Shown here: piece after piece, positions 32,691 to 42,943 of the stretch
Layout of the letters: each line of letters begins with the position of its first letter
Numbering within the stretch: position 1 is the stretch's first letter
DNA from: an uncultured Parapedobacter sp.
Lineage (GTDB): Bacteria > Bacteroidota > Bacteroidia > Sphingobacteriales > Sphingobacteriaceae
Assembly: GCA_964498395.1 (NCBI GenBank)
Contig: CAZCHE010000011.1
Coordinates: 18,787-82,786 of the forward strand
Direction: 5' to 3'
DNA: 64,000 nt
Notes under the pieces: generated by a model
Seen by the model: only the letters and a program-made list of their open reading frames with translations
What the model was told of the DNA's origin: nothing
The model's database searches: none
Translations under genes and position numbers: made by a program

Positions 32691-32788
32691 TCAAGGAGTA
32701 TGCGGATAAACAGGGGATCAACATACGTTTTATAATCGAACCCGGCTCGGGAAGTACCTTTACGTTGATTTTTCCGTTGACTAATTGA
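32661..32788 (+). pseudogene. C-terminal fragment of a histidine kinase HATPase domain, with a frameshift
   Basis: GSGLG (G2 box) is in one frame and LLLVKEYADKQGINIRFIIEPGSGSTFTLIFPLTN* is in the next. This is consistent with a 1-nt deletion in GSGLGL. No upstream kinase body is present. Confidence 0.5.
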
Positions 32789-32901
32789 AATCACTGCAGA
32801 TATGACCTTAACTAGGCGCTAAAAATCGCTGATTCATCTATGGCTACACGGCCACGTAATGACGGTTGTATCCAATGCTATACCGGGTACGACCTACCAA
32901 A

Positions 32902-33888
32902 TCAAGGCTTCAATACCACGCTACCTGTTGTTTTCCTAGCTGCGATGTCCGAATGGGCGTTTGCGGCTTCGCTTAGCTGATATACCGTGGGAGTCTGCAA
33001 AACGATCTTTCCATTTGCCAAAAGGTCGAATAATTCAACCAATCCTTTGCCGCTTTTGTCCTGATACAACGGATAGTTATTCAGCGCATCGAATGCAAAC
33101 CGGATGTTTCTGCTCGCCATGAGGTCTTTATCGATATCGGGCATCCCCGAAGCCCATCCGTACAGTACCGCGCTGCCACCATCCTTTAATACCGACAGGG
33201 ATGTTTCGAAAGTAGCCTTACCCACACCATCATAGAAAACGTCAACACCCGCTCCATTCGTGTAGTCCTTAACCGCGGTCGTCAGATCTGCTGAACTTAA
33301 ATCGATCGCGTACTCGAAACCTCGCGCTTTTGCAAGCTGTTTTTTTGCTGCGCTTCCCACCGTACCAATGACCTGCGCTCCCAAAGCCTTCGCCCACTGG
33401 CTTAGGATACTGCCCACACCGCCGGTCATGCCATGGATCAAGACGACCTCGCCGGCTTTTAACATATGACTTTGTTTTAGTAGCATGTGAGCCGTTAGCC
33501 CTTTGATCATCACAGCGGCTGCTAAATCAAATGAAACCTCATTGGGTAGTTTGAATAGTTCGTGTTGATCGATGTTCCTGCTTTCGGTATAAGCGCCGAA
33601 TGTCTTATAATAGGCGACACGATCACCCACTTGATAATCCACGACCGCTTCGCCGATTTCTTTCACGATACCCGCCGCTTCAAATCCGATGGTGGCCGGA
33701 TAGTCATCCACGGGAAAAGAACCATCCCGGTAGAATGTATCAAAGAAATTTACACCAATGGATTGCTGGGCTACCTGCACTTCATTCGCTTTGGGATTCG
33801 GCAGTGCCACTTGTTCATACGCGAGTACTTCCGGTGCGCCCGTCGTCTTCATTCGAATAGCACCTGTTGTTTTACGGTTGTTTATCAT
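32902..33888 (-). CDS. qor: Quinone oxidoreductase / zinc-independent MDR-family NADPH:quinone reductase
   Basis: GAPEVLAYEQVALPNP...; GGVGS nucleotide-binding motif (IHGMTGGVGSILSQWAK); 328 aa. Confidence 0.8.
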   Translation of the reverse strand: MINNRKTTGAIRMKTTGAPEVLAYEQVALPNPKANEVQVAQQSIGVNFFDTFYRDGSFPVDDYPATIGFEAAGIVKEIGEAVVDYQVGDRVAYYKTFGAYTESRNIDQHELFKLPNEVSFDLAAAVMIKGLTAHMLLKQSHMLKAGEVVLIHGMTGGVGSILSQWAKALGAQVIGTVGSAAKKQLAKARGFEYAIDLSSADLTTAVKDYTNGAGVDVFYDGVGKATFETSLSVLKDGGSAVLYGWASGMPDIDKDLMASRNIRFAFDALNNYPLYQDKSGKGLVELFDLLANGKIVLQTPTVYQLSEAANAHSDIAARKTTGSVVLKP

Positions 33889-33954
33889 GTTATGTATTTA
33901 ATATATGCTGCAAAAATACCACCCATAACGTGCATATATGCTATCCCTTTCTCC

Positions 33955-33972
33955 AAGGGAAGTGCTTCCCTT
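33955..33972. promoter_or_regulatory. Perfect 18-bp palindrome in the qor/hxlR divergent spacer (candidate HxlR-type operator)
   Basis: aagggaag-tg-cttccctt. A TAAATTTG (TAnnTTTG-type) box follows at 33987-33994. Confidence 0.45.
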
Positions 33973-33998
33973 AAGGAAAGTTTTTGTAAATTTGAAGC

Positions 33999-34367
33999 AT
34001 GGGCGAAAAATTGGCCGATGGCAAATTATCACAGGAATGCATGCAGCATTTTAACGCCGTGAAAGATGCGCTCTATATTCTAGCGGGCAAATGGAGTGTG
34101 CTCCTGATCGCTGCCCTGGCTTCTGGTAAAAAGCGCTACCTCGAGTTGCAGCGTATGGTGGACGGCATTGGCCCCAAAATGCTTTCGAAGGAATTGACCA
34201 AATTGGAATTGAATGGTTTGATCAGCAGAACGCAGTATAATTCCAAGCCCATCACAGTCGAGTATGAATTGACCGAATACGGGCAATCATTAAAACCACT
34301 TATCGATAGTATGGGGGCTTGGGGGAAAGAACACCGTGAACGAATCAGGAAAGAGATGGAGAGATAA
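33999..34367 (+). CDS. HxlR-family winged-helix transcriptional regulator
   Basis: C....VKDALYILAGKWSVLLIAAL...RYLELQRMVDGIGPKMLSKELTKLELNGLISR is the HxlR signature. Confidence 0.85.
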   Translation: MGEKLADGKLSQECMQHFNAVKDALYILAGKWSVLLIAALASGKKRYLELQRMVDGIGPKMLSKELTKLELNGLISRTQYNSKPITVEYELTEYGQSLKPLIDSMGAWGKEHRERIRKEMER

Positions 34368-34407
34368 TTCGTGCAGCAACACTGATGAACGCTAATGATA
34401 TAGTCAA

Positions 34408-35541
34408 ATGGAAATGCTAAACGATACCGCTCTGAATGATCCATCTCCCTTGCGCAATATTCGGCCTGATGTGTTTTATAAAGTGGATGTCGTGGTCATC
34501 GGAGCGGGGCAGGCGGGTCTATCTGCCGCCTACTACCTAAAGCAGGGAGGGCTTGTACCCGGTAAAGGATTTGTTGTGTTGGACGATGAGTTTGGGCCGG
34601 GGGGCGCATGGCAGCATCGCTGGGATTCATTGACATTGAGCAATGTCAATGGCATCCACGATTTGCCCGGAATGGGTTTTGCCGATGCCGTGAACACGGA
34701 GGCAACGGATTTGCAAGCTAATATTGCGGTTCCGAAGTACTATGAGCGATATGAAAAGACATTTGAATTGCCAGTCATCCGCCCGATCCGAGTGGATGAG
34801 GTGACCGAACGGAATGGACGATTTATGATCCACACCAATGGCATCCAATTTAATGCCCGAGGTATTATCAACGCCACGGGTACGTGGAAAACACCAAACT
34901 GCCCGCGATATCCGGGTTGGGAAAAGTTCCAAGGAAGGCAATTGCACACCGGTCAATACAAAAGCGCTGATGAATTCATAGGAAAGCATGTGATCATCGT
35001 GGGTGGTGGAATATCCGCCGTCCAATTGCTGGGGGAGGTTTCGGCCGTCACGCGGACCACTTGGGTGGCTCGGCGTTCGCCGGATTTCCGGGTGTATGAG
35101 TTTACGCCCGAATTAGGGCGTGAGGCCGTGGCCATGGTGGAGAAGCGGGTGAGGGAAGGCCTGCCGCCAAATTCGGTGGTGTCGGTGACGGGATTGCCCA
35201 TCACGCCGGCCATCGAGCATCTATTGAAAAACGGTGTGTTGGACCGGCAACCGATGTTTGAGGAAATCACCGAAACGGGTGTGCGCTGGGCGGATGGCAG
35301 GACGCTTGCTGCCGACGTGATTTTCTGGAATACCGGGTTTCGCCATTCGCTGGACCACCTGGCACCGCTGGGATTGAAAAACGACCAAGGTGGGATCGTG
35401 ATGACCGGAAGACTGGCTACGCAGGTGGCAAAAGACTCACGGATACATTTAGTCGGCTATGGGCCTTCGGCTTCCACGATCGGCGCAAATAGGGCCGGCC
35501 GGTCGGCCGCGAAAGAATTGATCGGATTTCTCGGGATATAA
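34408..35541 (+). CDS. FAD/NAD(P)-binding oxidoreductase (flavin monooxygenase-like, COG2072-type)
   Basis: VVVIGAGQAGLSAAYYL is the first dinucleotide-binding motif and VIIVGGGISAVQ is the second. Confidence 0.75.
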   Translation: MEMLNDTALNDPSPLRNIRPDVFYKVDVVVIGAGQAGLSAAYYLKQGGLVPGKGFVVLDDEFGPGGAWQHRWDSLTLSNVNGIHDLPGMGFADAVNTEATDLQANIAVPKYYERYEKTFELPVIRPIRVDEVTERNGRFMIHTNGIQFNARGIINATGTWKTPNCPRYPGWEKFQGRQLHTGQYKSADEFIGKHVIIVGGGISAVQLLGEVSAVTRTTWVARRSPDFRVYEFTPELGREAVAMVEKRVREGLPPNSVVSVTGLPITPAIEHLLKNGVLDRQPMFEEITETGVRWADGRTLAADVIFWNTGFRHSLDHLAPLGLKNDQGGIVMTGRLATQVAKDSRIHLVGYGPSASTIGANRAGRSAAKELIGFLGI

Positions 35542-35612
35542 CGCCATCTGCTTCACCACGGAAGCCTCGATTGAAACCCCATGTCAACCCCGTTCGCTTG
35601 AAGTGAACTTTA

Positions 35613-36104
35613 CTACTGCCCGGCAGGCACGAATTTCATCGACAGCGAATTCACGCAGTGGCGGGTGTTTTTGGCGGTAAACCGTTCGCCTACGAACACA
35701 TGGCCCAGGTGCCCGTCGCAATTGGCGCAGACGATCTCCGTGCGTCGGCCATCGGCATCCGGCACGTGTTTCACCGCACCCGGTATCTCATCGTCGAAAC
35801 TCGGCCAACCGCAGTGCGATTCAAATTTATCTTCCGAACGATAGAGCGGTGCATCGCAACGCCGGCACACGTAGGTGCCCTGCGCCTTATTGTCTAGCAA
35901 GGCACCGGTAAATGGCCGTTCCGTGCCTTTATGGATAATGACGTAGGCTTCTTCTGGGGTGAGTTTATTATATTTTGTCGTGTCCATCTGTTTTTCGATT
36001 GGGGGATTTCCGGTGCGTATATTGGCCTGCTGTTGCGCGGCGGGTTGCCCGCACGCACTGCAAAAAGGCGTGAAAATGAGCAGAAACCAACTATATTTGA
36101 TCAT
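35613..36104 (-). CDS. msrB: Peptide-methionine (R)-S-oxide reductase MsrB, with signal/lipoprotein leader
   Basis: [28 protein letters not shown]...[12 protein letters not shown]...RHCVNS are the canonical MsrB CxxC pairs and catalytic Cys. ATG at 36104 gives the leader [19 protein letters not shown]. Confidence 0.9.
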   Translation of the reverse strand: MIKYSWFLLIFTPFCSACGQPAAQQQANIRTGNPPIEKQMDTTKYNKLTPEEAYVIIHKGTERPFTGALLDNKAQGTYVCRRCDAPLYRSEDKFESHCGWPSFDDEIPGAVKHVPDADGRRTEIVCANCDGHLGHVFVGERFTAKNTRHCVNSLSMKFVPAGQ

Positions 36105-36427
36105 ATCTATGGTTTGATGGAGGTACTGGCTACCCGCCAACACCCTTATACTAGGCGAATATACGGAAAATCACGCAAATATCTATACGTCGGGCGGATT
36201 CCCCAGGGCTGCCATACCGCGCGATGAGGGGGCGCGGAGGCGATGAATAACGTGGTGTTTTAGGTACACTACCATATTAAAAAATTATTATTTAAAATCA
36301 AAATTCCATGAAATTAACAAACCGTGAGAGCGGGGGCGAGTGACGATTCAAAATAACCCATACGGGCTGTAATCGCAATTTTTAATCAATTTAGAACGAT
36401 TATAAATTATTAAATTCAGTCATCAAA

Positions 36428-36460
36428 TTGTCACCGATACGCCAATAAGTTATACTTTTG
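36428..36460 (+). promoter_or_regulatory. Candidate Bacteroidota sigma-A promoter for the act-cox operon
   Basis: TTG at 36428-36430 and TACTTTTG (TAnnTTTG) at 36453-36460, about 85 nt upstream of the actA ATG. Confidence 0.35.
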
Positions 36461-36543
36461 TGGCATTATTAAAGGGGTGAAAACCCATCGGTTCAGATAA
36501 CCCATTTTTTTACATTCATCATAAACTGTATAAAGTGCTCAAT

Positions 36544-37833
36544 ATGAGAAATATCTCATTAGTTTTTGAAAGAATTGCAAGGTCGATATCCGTTGCGTTG
36601 GTGTTGTTGTTTGCAGTGACTTCATTGCAAGCCCAAGATGTGAAGGACGGCGAGTCGGTTTTCAAGGCCAACTGTTCTTCGTGTCACCGTGTGTTTGGTA
36701 AGCTTACCGGGCCGGAGCTGGCGGGAATGAGCGAGCGCCGTGACGAAGAGTGGCTGCTCAAGTGGATCCACAATGCGCCTGCAATGATCGCATCTGGTGA
36801 TCCCATCGCATTGGAATTGGACGCCCAATTCCCATCTGCAGCGATGACTGCTTTCCCCCAGTTGACCGATGACCAGATCAAGAATATCATCGCTTACGTC
36901 AAATCGGAAGAGGAAAAACGGGCAGCTGGTGACGCGGCTGGTGGTGCTTCCGGCGGTGTCGGTGGTGGCGCGGCGGCAAGCAGTGATGCCAGTACGCTCA
37001 TGATCATCGGTCTGACGGCCGTCATCATATTGGCATTTGTGGTCATCCTCGTGCTTAACAGGGTCGTCCGCACATTGGAGCGGGTGATCGCCAGCAACAA
37101 AGACCTTATCCCGCAGACGGTAGTGGCAGAAGAAGCCAAGGGCAAAGACTATGTGGCGACATTGAAGCGACTGGCCAAAAACAAGAAATTGGTGTTTTTT
37201 GCCGTGCTGATGCTGGTCGTATTCTTGGGTTCTGCCGGATGGAAAACCCTGTGGAATGTGGGTGTGCACGATGGCTATATGCCGGTGCAGCCGATCAAAT
37301 TTTCGCACCAGCTGCACGCGGGTGTGAACCAAATCGATTGCCAATATTGCCACGGTGGTGCCTATAAATCGAAGAATGCCTCGATCCCATCGGCCAATAT
37401 CTGTATGAACTGCCATACCGCAGTGACCGGCGCGGATCAATACGGTGGGCAGATTTCTCCGGAAATCGCCAAAATATACCGGGCGCTAGACTTCAATCCC
37501 GAAACCGGGGAATATGGGTCCAATACCAGGCCGATCGAATGGGTACGTATCCATAACCTGCCTGACTTTGCCTACTTCAACCACTCACAGCACGTGGTGG
37601 TGGCCGGTGTGGAATGCCAGACCTGCCACGGGCCGATCGAAACGATGGAAGAAGTCTACCAGTACTCACCATTGACAATGAAATGGTGCGTTGACTGCCA
37701 TCAAGAAACCGAAGTAAACCAAGATAATGCCTATTATGAGCAATTGATCGCGGCACACGAGCAGCTGAAAAAAGGCGAGAAAGTGACCGCTGCCTTATTG
37801 GGTGGATTGGAATGTGGTAAATGCCACTATTAA
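36544..37833 (+). CDS. actA: Alternative complex III subunit ActA (multihaem cytochrome c) with an extra N-terminal monohaem domain
   Basis: Six CxxCH motifs (CSSCH, CQYCH, CMNCH, CQTCH, CVDCH, CGKCH), a signal peptide, and a position upstream of actB. Confidence 0.85.
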   Translation: MRNISLVFERIARSISVALVLLFAVTSLQAQDVKDGESVFKANCSSCHRVFGKLTGPELAGMSERRDEEWLLKWIHNAPAMIASGDPIALELDAQFPSAAMTAFPQLTDDQIKNIIAYVKSEEEKRAAGDAAGGASGGVGGGAAASSDASTLMIIGLTAVIILAFVVILVLNRVVRTLERVIASNKDLIPQTVVAEEAKGKDYVATLKRLAKNKKLVFFAVLMLVVFLGSAGWKTLWNVGVHDGYMPVQPIKFSHQLHAGVNQIDCQYCHGGAYKSKNASIPSANICMNCHTAVTGADQYGGQISPEIAKIYRALDFNPETGEYGSNTRPIEWVRIHNLPDFAYFNHSQHVVVAGVECQTCHGPIETMEEVYQYSPLTMKWCVDCHQETEVNQDNAYYEQLIAAHEQLKKGEKVTAALLGGLECGKCHY

Positions 37834-37882
37834 TGGTTTATTAATTTAATCTAAGAAATACGCAATCTTATACATAGCTTAA

Positions 37883-40800
37883 ATGGATAGCAACAAGAAC
37901 TATTGGAAAGGTTTGGAAGAATTGCAGCAAACGCCTGCTTTCGTCGAGAAGAGCAAAGGTGAGTTTGCAGAGCCGATTCCTGTTGAGAACGTATTGAATG
38001 AAGAAGGGCTGAGCACCAAGACCCCCCGCCGCGATTTCCTGAAAGCGCTGGGATTCGGGCTGGGTGCCGTAACCTTGGCCGCTTGTAACCGTACCCCTGT
38101 ACATAAAGCTGTTCCTTACCTGATCAAACCGGAGGAAGTGACCCCCGGTATCCCAAACTTCTATGCTTCTACTTTCAATGGCCAGAGTGTATTGGTCAGG
38201 ACGCGTGAAGGCCGCCCCATTTTATTGGAAGCCAATCCGGCTGCCAATGGACTGAACTGCGGTACGGATGCTTCGGCACAAGCTTCCGTGCTGGACTTGT
38301 ATGACATGTCCAAACTAAAAGGACCTAAACTCGGCGGTAACGACACCTCATGGGATGAACTGGATGCACGGGTAGTGGCAGCGCTTGACGCGGCCAACGC
38401 CGGTGGAAAGCAAATCCGCATCGTGTCTTCTACCATCAACAGCCCTTCGACCATCGCGGCGATTGCCAGGTTCACGGAGAAATATCCGTCGACCCAATTG
38501 GTTGAGGTGGATGCGGTATCCTACAGCGGAATCATCAAGGCCAATGAGCAGAGCTTTGGTAAAGCCGTGGTGCCCCACTACCGCTTCGACAATGCAGACG
38601 TGATCGTGAGCGTTGCGGCTGATTTCTTGGGTACGTGGCTGAGTGGCGAAGAGCATACGCAACAATATATTTCGAACCGCGATTATAAGAGCCTGAAAAA
38701 AGGCAAGATGTCGCGCCATATCCAGTTTGAAGGGGGCATGAGCCTCACCGGTACAAACGCGGATGTGCGCATCGCGATCAAACCTTCGGAAGAAGGGCCG
38801 CTGTTGATCGCCTTGTACAATGAGATCACCGGCGGTTCCCTGCCTGGTGCGCTATCGAGCAATGCCAAGGCGCAAACGGCACTTAAATTGGTTGCACAGG
38901 AATTGAAGCAATCCCGGGGCCGCGCAGTGGTCGTATCGGGATCGAACGATCCGGCGACGCAAACACTGACCAATGCCATCAACGTGGCGTTGGAAAGCTA
39001 CGGTTCGACGATTGACCTGGATAACCCTTCCTATCAGTTTAAGGGAAGTGACGAAGCATTCGCCGCGTTCTTGGCCGACGCTAGCCGCGGGAATGTAGGT
39101 GTTGCGTTCTTCTTGAATAGCAACCCGCTATATGACTACTACGATGCCGAAGCCGTGCAATCGGCCTTGGGCAATATCACCTTCAAGCTTTCGTTTGCCG
39201 ATCGGGAAGACGAGACGGCATCGGAGCTGGACGCCATCGCACCAAACCACAACTTCTTGGAGTCATGGGGGGATGCGCACCCGCGTGGAGGATACTACAC
39301 CATTATACAGCCCACCATTAACCCGGTTTACGATACCCGGCAAGCGGAACATAGCTTATTGCTGTGGGCTGGCGAAAAAACAGATTACTACACCTTTGTA
39401 AAGGATCATTGGGAACAACAACTCTTGGCGGGCAGCAATAAGACCTGGAAAGAGGTGCTGCAAACGGGATTTGAGTACAAAGGCGAACAACCCGCTTCCG
39501 CCTACACGTTTGATGCGGGTACATTGGGTGCCGTAGCACAGGCGGTGGCCGCACAAAGCAAGGAATTGGCAAAAGACGTGGAGGTACAGCTTTACCAAAG
39601 CGTCGCCCTGAAAGATGGTAAGCAAGGTAACAACGCTTACTTGCACGAATTGCCCGATCCGGTATCCAAGGTGACGTGGGATAACTATGCCGCGCTTAAC
39701 CCGAAATTCGCGGAATCGCTCGGGTTGGGTGAAAACAGCTTGGTGGAAGTAACCGGTGAGAATGGTTATTCGCTGGTACTGCCCGTGTTGATGCAGCCCG
39801 GACAAGCCGTCGGAACGGTATCGATCGCGGTGGGTTATGGACGCACCAAAGTAGGGAAAGCCGGAAATAACGTGGGTAAGAATGCCTATCCGTTTGCCAA
39901 GCTAGCCAATGGAACGGTGCAATTCAACACCACCGCTACGCTGGCGAAAGCACGCGGCACCTATGAGCTGGCCCAAACACAAACGCACCACACCATCGAG
40001 GGGCGTAACGTGATCCGGGAAACGACCTTTGCGAAGTACCAGGAAAATCCCGGCCATAACGCCGGTAAATGGACCGACTCGCATAAGACGTATGATTTGT
40101 GGAACAAATACGAGCAGCCCGGCCATAAATGGGTCATGGCGATCGACCTGAATGCCTGTACGGGATGCGGGTCATGTATCGTCGCTTGTAACATCGAAAA
40201 TAACATCCCTGTCGTGGGCCGTGACGAAGTGCGCCGCCGCCGGGAGATGCACTGGATGCGGATCGACCGCTACTATGCCATCGAGCAAGACGGCAATTCG
40301 TATACCAAGGAAGACGAGATCAATCGGTTAGACGACCTCGAGAGCGTATCCGTGGTGCACCAGCCGATGATGTGCCAGCACTGTAGCCACGCACCTTGCG
40401 AGACGGTATGTCCGGTACTGGCTACCGTACACTCTTCCGAAGGATTGAACCACATGGCGTATAACCGTTGCTTCGGTACGCGGTACTGCGCGAATAACTG
40501 CCCTTACAAAGTGCGCCGTTTCAACTGGTTCAACTACTGGAATGACTCGCGCTTCGACAACTACTTGAATAATGAATTCACTCAGTTGGTATTGAACCCG
40601 GATGTGGTTTCCCGTTCACGTGGGGTCATGGAGAAATGCTCGATGTGTATCCAACGGATCCAAGCGGGTAAATTGCAGGCCAAGATGGAGAACCGCCCGT
40701 TGAAGGATGGAGACATCACCCTGGCGTGTGGATCTGCTTGTTCGGCAAATGCCATCATTTTCGGTGATGCGAACGACCCTGAGTCTGAAGTGTCAAAAGC

Positions 40801-40897
40801 ATTGCGTAACGAACGGGTGTACTACGTGCTGGAGGAGATCAACGTGCAACCTGGCATCGGTTACATGACGAAGGTGAGAAATACATACGAGGCTTAA
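37883..40897 (+). CDS. actB: Alternative complex III subunit ActB (TAT-variant molybdopterin-oxidoreductase-like plus 4Fe-4S ferredoxin domain)
   Basis: YWKGLEEL...TPRRDFLKALGFGLGAVTLAAC is a TAT-like leader. Multiple Cys clusters are present (CTGCGSCIVAC, CQHCSHAPCETVCP, CANNCPYKVRRFNW). 1004 aa. Confidence 0.9.
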   Translation: MDSNKNYWKGLEELQQTPAFVEKSKGEFAEPIPVENVLNEEGLSTKTPRRDFLKALGFGLGAVTLAACNRTPVHKAVPYLIKPEEVTPGIPNFYASTFNGQSVLVRTREGRPILLEANPAANGLNCGTDASAQASVLDLYDMSKLKGPKLGGNDTSWDELDARVVAALDAANAGGKQIRIVSSTINSPSTIAAIARFTEKYPSTQLVEVDAVSYSGIIKANEQSFGKAVVPHYRFDNADVIVSVAADFLGTWLSGEEHTQQYISNRDYKSLKKGKMSRHIQFEGGMSLTGTNADVRIAIKPSEEGPLLIALYNEITGGSLPGALSSNAKAQTALKLVAQELKQSRGRAVVVSGSNDPATQTLTNAINVALESYGSTIDLDNPSYQFKGSDEAFAAFLADASRGNVGVAFFLNSNPLYDYYDAEAVQSALGNITFKLSFADREDETASELDAIAPNHNFLESWGDAHPRGGYYTIIQPTINPVYDTRQAEHSLLLWAGEKTDYYTFVKDHWEQQLLAGSNKTWKEVLQTGFEYKGEQPASAYTFDAGTLGAVAQAVAAQSKELAKDVEVQLYQSVALKDGKQGNNAYLHELPDPVSKVTWDNYAALNPKFAESLGLGENSLVEVTGENGYSLVLPVLMQPGQAVGTVSIAVGYGRTKVGKAGNNVGKNAYPFAKLANGTVQFNTTATLAKARGTYELAQTQTHHTIEGRNVIRETTFAKYQENPGHNAGKWTDSHKTYDLWNKYEQPGHKWVMAIDLNACTGCGSCIVACNIENNIPVVGRDEVRRRREMHWMRIDRYYAIEQDGNSYTKEDEINRLDDLESVSVVHQPMMCQHCSHAPCETVCPVLATVHSSEGLNHMAYNRCFGTRYCANNCPYKVRRFNWFNYWNDSRFDNYLNNEFTQLVLNPDVVSRSRGVMEKCSMCIQRIQAGKLQAKMENRPLKDGDITLACGSACSANAIIFGDANDPESEVSKALRNERVYYVLEEINVQPGIGYMTKVRNTYEA

Positions 40898-40922
40898 CAA
40901 ATTCTTTTTGAAAAAATAGACT

Positions 40923-42404
40923 ATGTCATCGCATAACGAATCAATATTAAGAGAACCATTAGTAACCGGCAAAGACATTACCTATGCCAAGGTGACTAAT
41001 GACATCCTGTTGCCGGTAGAGAATAAGCCCAATAAAGCATGGTGGATCGGATTCATCATGGCGGCATTGGGGGCATTGCTATGGGTCGTGAGCGTAGGTT
41101 ATACCTTCTGGACCGGTATCGGCGCCTGGGGATTGAACAAAACCGTAGGTTGGGCTTGGGATATCACCGACTTCGTTTGGTGGGTGGGTATCGGTCACGC
41201 CGGTACGCTGATTTCAGCGGTATTGTTGCTCTTCCGCCAAAACTGGCGTAATTCCATCAACCGGTCTGCAGAGGCGATGACCATCTTCGCGGTGATCTGT
41301 GCGGCTACGTATGTCGTGGCCCACATGGGGCGCCCTTGGCTGGCTTACTGGATTTTCCCGCTTCCTAACCAATTCGGTTCATTGTGGGTCAACTTTAACT
41401 CGCCACTGGTATGGGATGCATTCGCGATCTCCACGTATTTCACCGTATCCCTCGTGTTTTGGTACTGCGGGCTTTTACCCGACATCGCTTCGGTACGGGA
41501 TCGTGCAGCGGGCTTGAAGCGGAGGATATACTCCATCCTGTCATTCGGATGGAATGGGTCGGTCAAAACCTGGCAGCGGTTTGAGATCGTGTCGCTGATC
41601 CTGGCGGGTATCTCCACCCCACTGGTACTTTCGGTACACACCATCGTATCCATGGACTTTGCGACATCGGTGATCCCGGGATGGCACACCACCATTTTCC
41701 CACCTTACTTCGTGGCGGGAGCGATTTTCTCCGGTTTTGCCATGGTGCAGACCCTGCTATTGGTGATGCGTAAGGTGCTCAATTTCGAGAACTATATCAC
41801 CATGTTCCACATCGAGTCCATGAACAAGATCATCATGGTGACCGGTTCGATCGTCGGTATCGCTTACCTGACCGAGCTATTCATCGCATGGTATTCAGGT
41901 TCGGAATACGAAATGTATGCGTTTGCCAACCGGATCGCGGGGCCGTATGCATGGGCTTACTGGGCGATGATGACCTGTAACGTAATCTCTCCACAGCTAT
42001 TCTGGTTTAAGAAGATCCGGACGAGCATTCCGATTTCATGGGTGCTTTCCATCGTGGTGAATATCGGGATGTGGTTTGAGCGTTTTGTGATCATCGTGAC
42101 TTCATTGCACCGGGATTACATTCCGTCAAGCTGGGCCATGTTTTACCCCACATGGACGGATGTCGGTATTTTTGTGGGCTCGATCGGATTGTTCTTTACC
42201 CTGTTTTTGCTGTTCCTGCGTTTCTTGCCCGGTATTGCGATTGCCGAAGTGAAGCTGCTGTTGAAGAGCTCGAGCTTGCAGCAGAAAACCAAGTTAATCA
42301 AAGAGGGTCACTTGGATCCGGAGCAAGTAGAATTCTTCAGGAATTCGCTTACGAAATACGATTCGGTAACTGAGGAGGAAATTAAAGCGTTAGAAATCAA
42401 GTAG
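40923..42404 (+). CDS. actC: Alternative complex III subunit ActC (NrfD/PsrC-like quinol-interacting membrane subunit)
   Basis: Polytopic membrane protein of 493 aa with an NrfD-like pattern, in the conserved operon position. Confidence 0.85.
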   Translation: MSSHNESILREPLVTGKDITYAKVTNDILLPVENKPNKAWWIGFIMAALGALLWVVSVGYTFWTGIGAWGLNKTVGWAWDITDFVWWVGIGHAGTLISAVLLLFRQNWRNSINRSAEAMTIFAVICAATYVVAHMGRPWLAYWIFPLPNQFGSLWVNFNSPLVWDAFAISTYFTVSLVFWYCGLLPDIASVRDRAAGLKRRIYSILSFGWNGSVKTWQRFEIVSLILAGISTPLVLSVHTIVSMDFATSVIPGWHTTIFPPYFVAGAIFSGFAMVQTLLLVMRKVLNFENYITMFHIESMNKIIMVTGSIVGIAYLTELFIAWYSGSEYEMYAFANRIAGPYAWAYWAMMTCNVISPQLFWFKKIRTSIPISWVLSIVVNIGMWFERFVIIVTSLHRDYIPSSWAMFYPTWTDVGIFVGSIGLFFTLFLLFLRFLPGIAIAEVKLLLKSSSLQQKTKLIKEGHLDPEQVEFFRNSLTKYDSVTEEEIKALEIK

Positions 42405-42406
42405 CC

Positions 42407-42943
42407 ATGAGCAATATCAAATATATAATCGGAAGTTTTGCCGACCCTGACGAAATGATGGAAGGGATAGACAAAATGCAGGCAAATAACATCAGTATCT
42501 ACGATTGCTTTACTCCGATGCCTATCCATGGTATTGAAGCCAAACTGGGGGTTAAGCCCTCGCGCCTGCCCATCGCGGCGTTCTGCTTCGGGATCACGGG
42601 TACTTGCCTTGGGTTTAGCTTGCTGTATTATACCATGGTTCACGACTGGCCGATGAACATCGGTGGTAAACCCGCACTGTCGTTGCCGGATTTCGTGCCG
42701 GTCACGTTTGAGGTGACCATCCTCCTGTGTGCGCTGGGCATGGTGGCGACTTTCTTCTTCCGCAACCACCTGTTTCCGGGCCGGGCCCCACGGGTGATGG
42801 ATTTGCGTGCCACGGATGATCGTTTTATCATCGCCATCGATGCAAACGAAAATACAGACCATGAAAAGATCGAAGCCTTGCTGAAAGAAGCAGGTGCTGT
42901 AGAAGTGAAGTACAATGAACGAAAATATGTTAGCTATGAATAG
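42407..42943 (+). CDS. actD: Alternative complex III subunit ActD (DUF3341)
   Basis: 178 aa with two central TM helices, in the conserved position after actC. Confidence 0.8.
   Translation: MSNIKYIIGSFADPDEMMEGIDKMQANNISIYDCFTPMPIHGIEAKLGVKPSRLPIAAFCFGITGTCLGFSLLYYTMVHDWPMNIGGKPALSLPDFVPVTFEVTILLCALGMVATFFFRNHLFPGRAPRVMDLRATDDRFIIAIDANENTDHEKIEALLKEAGAVEVKYNERKYVSYE

Noticed and set aside
36622-37440. 272-aa antisense ORF inside actA
   Set aside because: It is fully embedded opposite a gene with six haem-binding motifs. Its composition is His/Arg-rich and repeat-like, with no domain signature.
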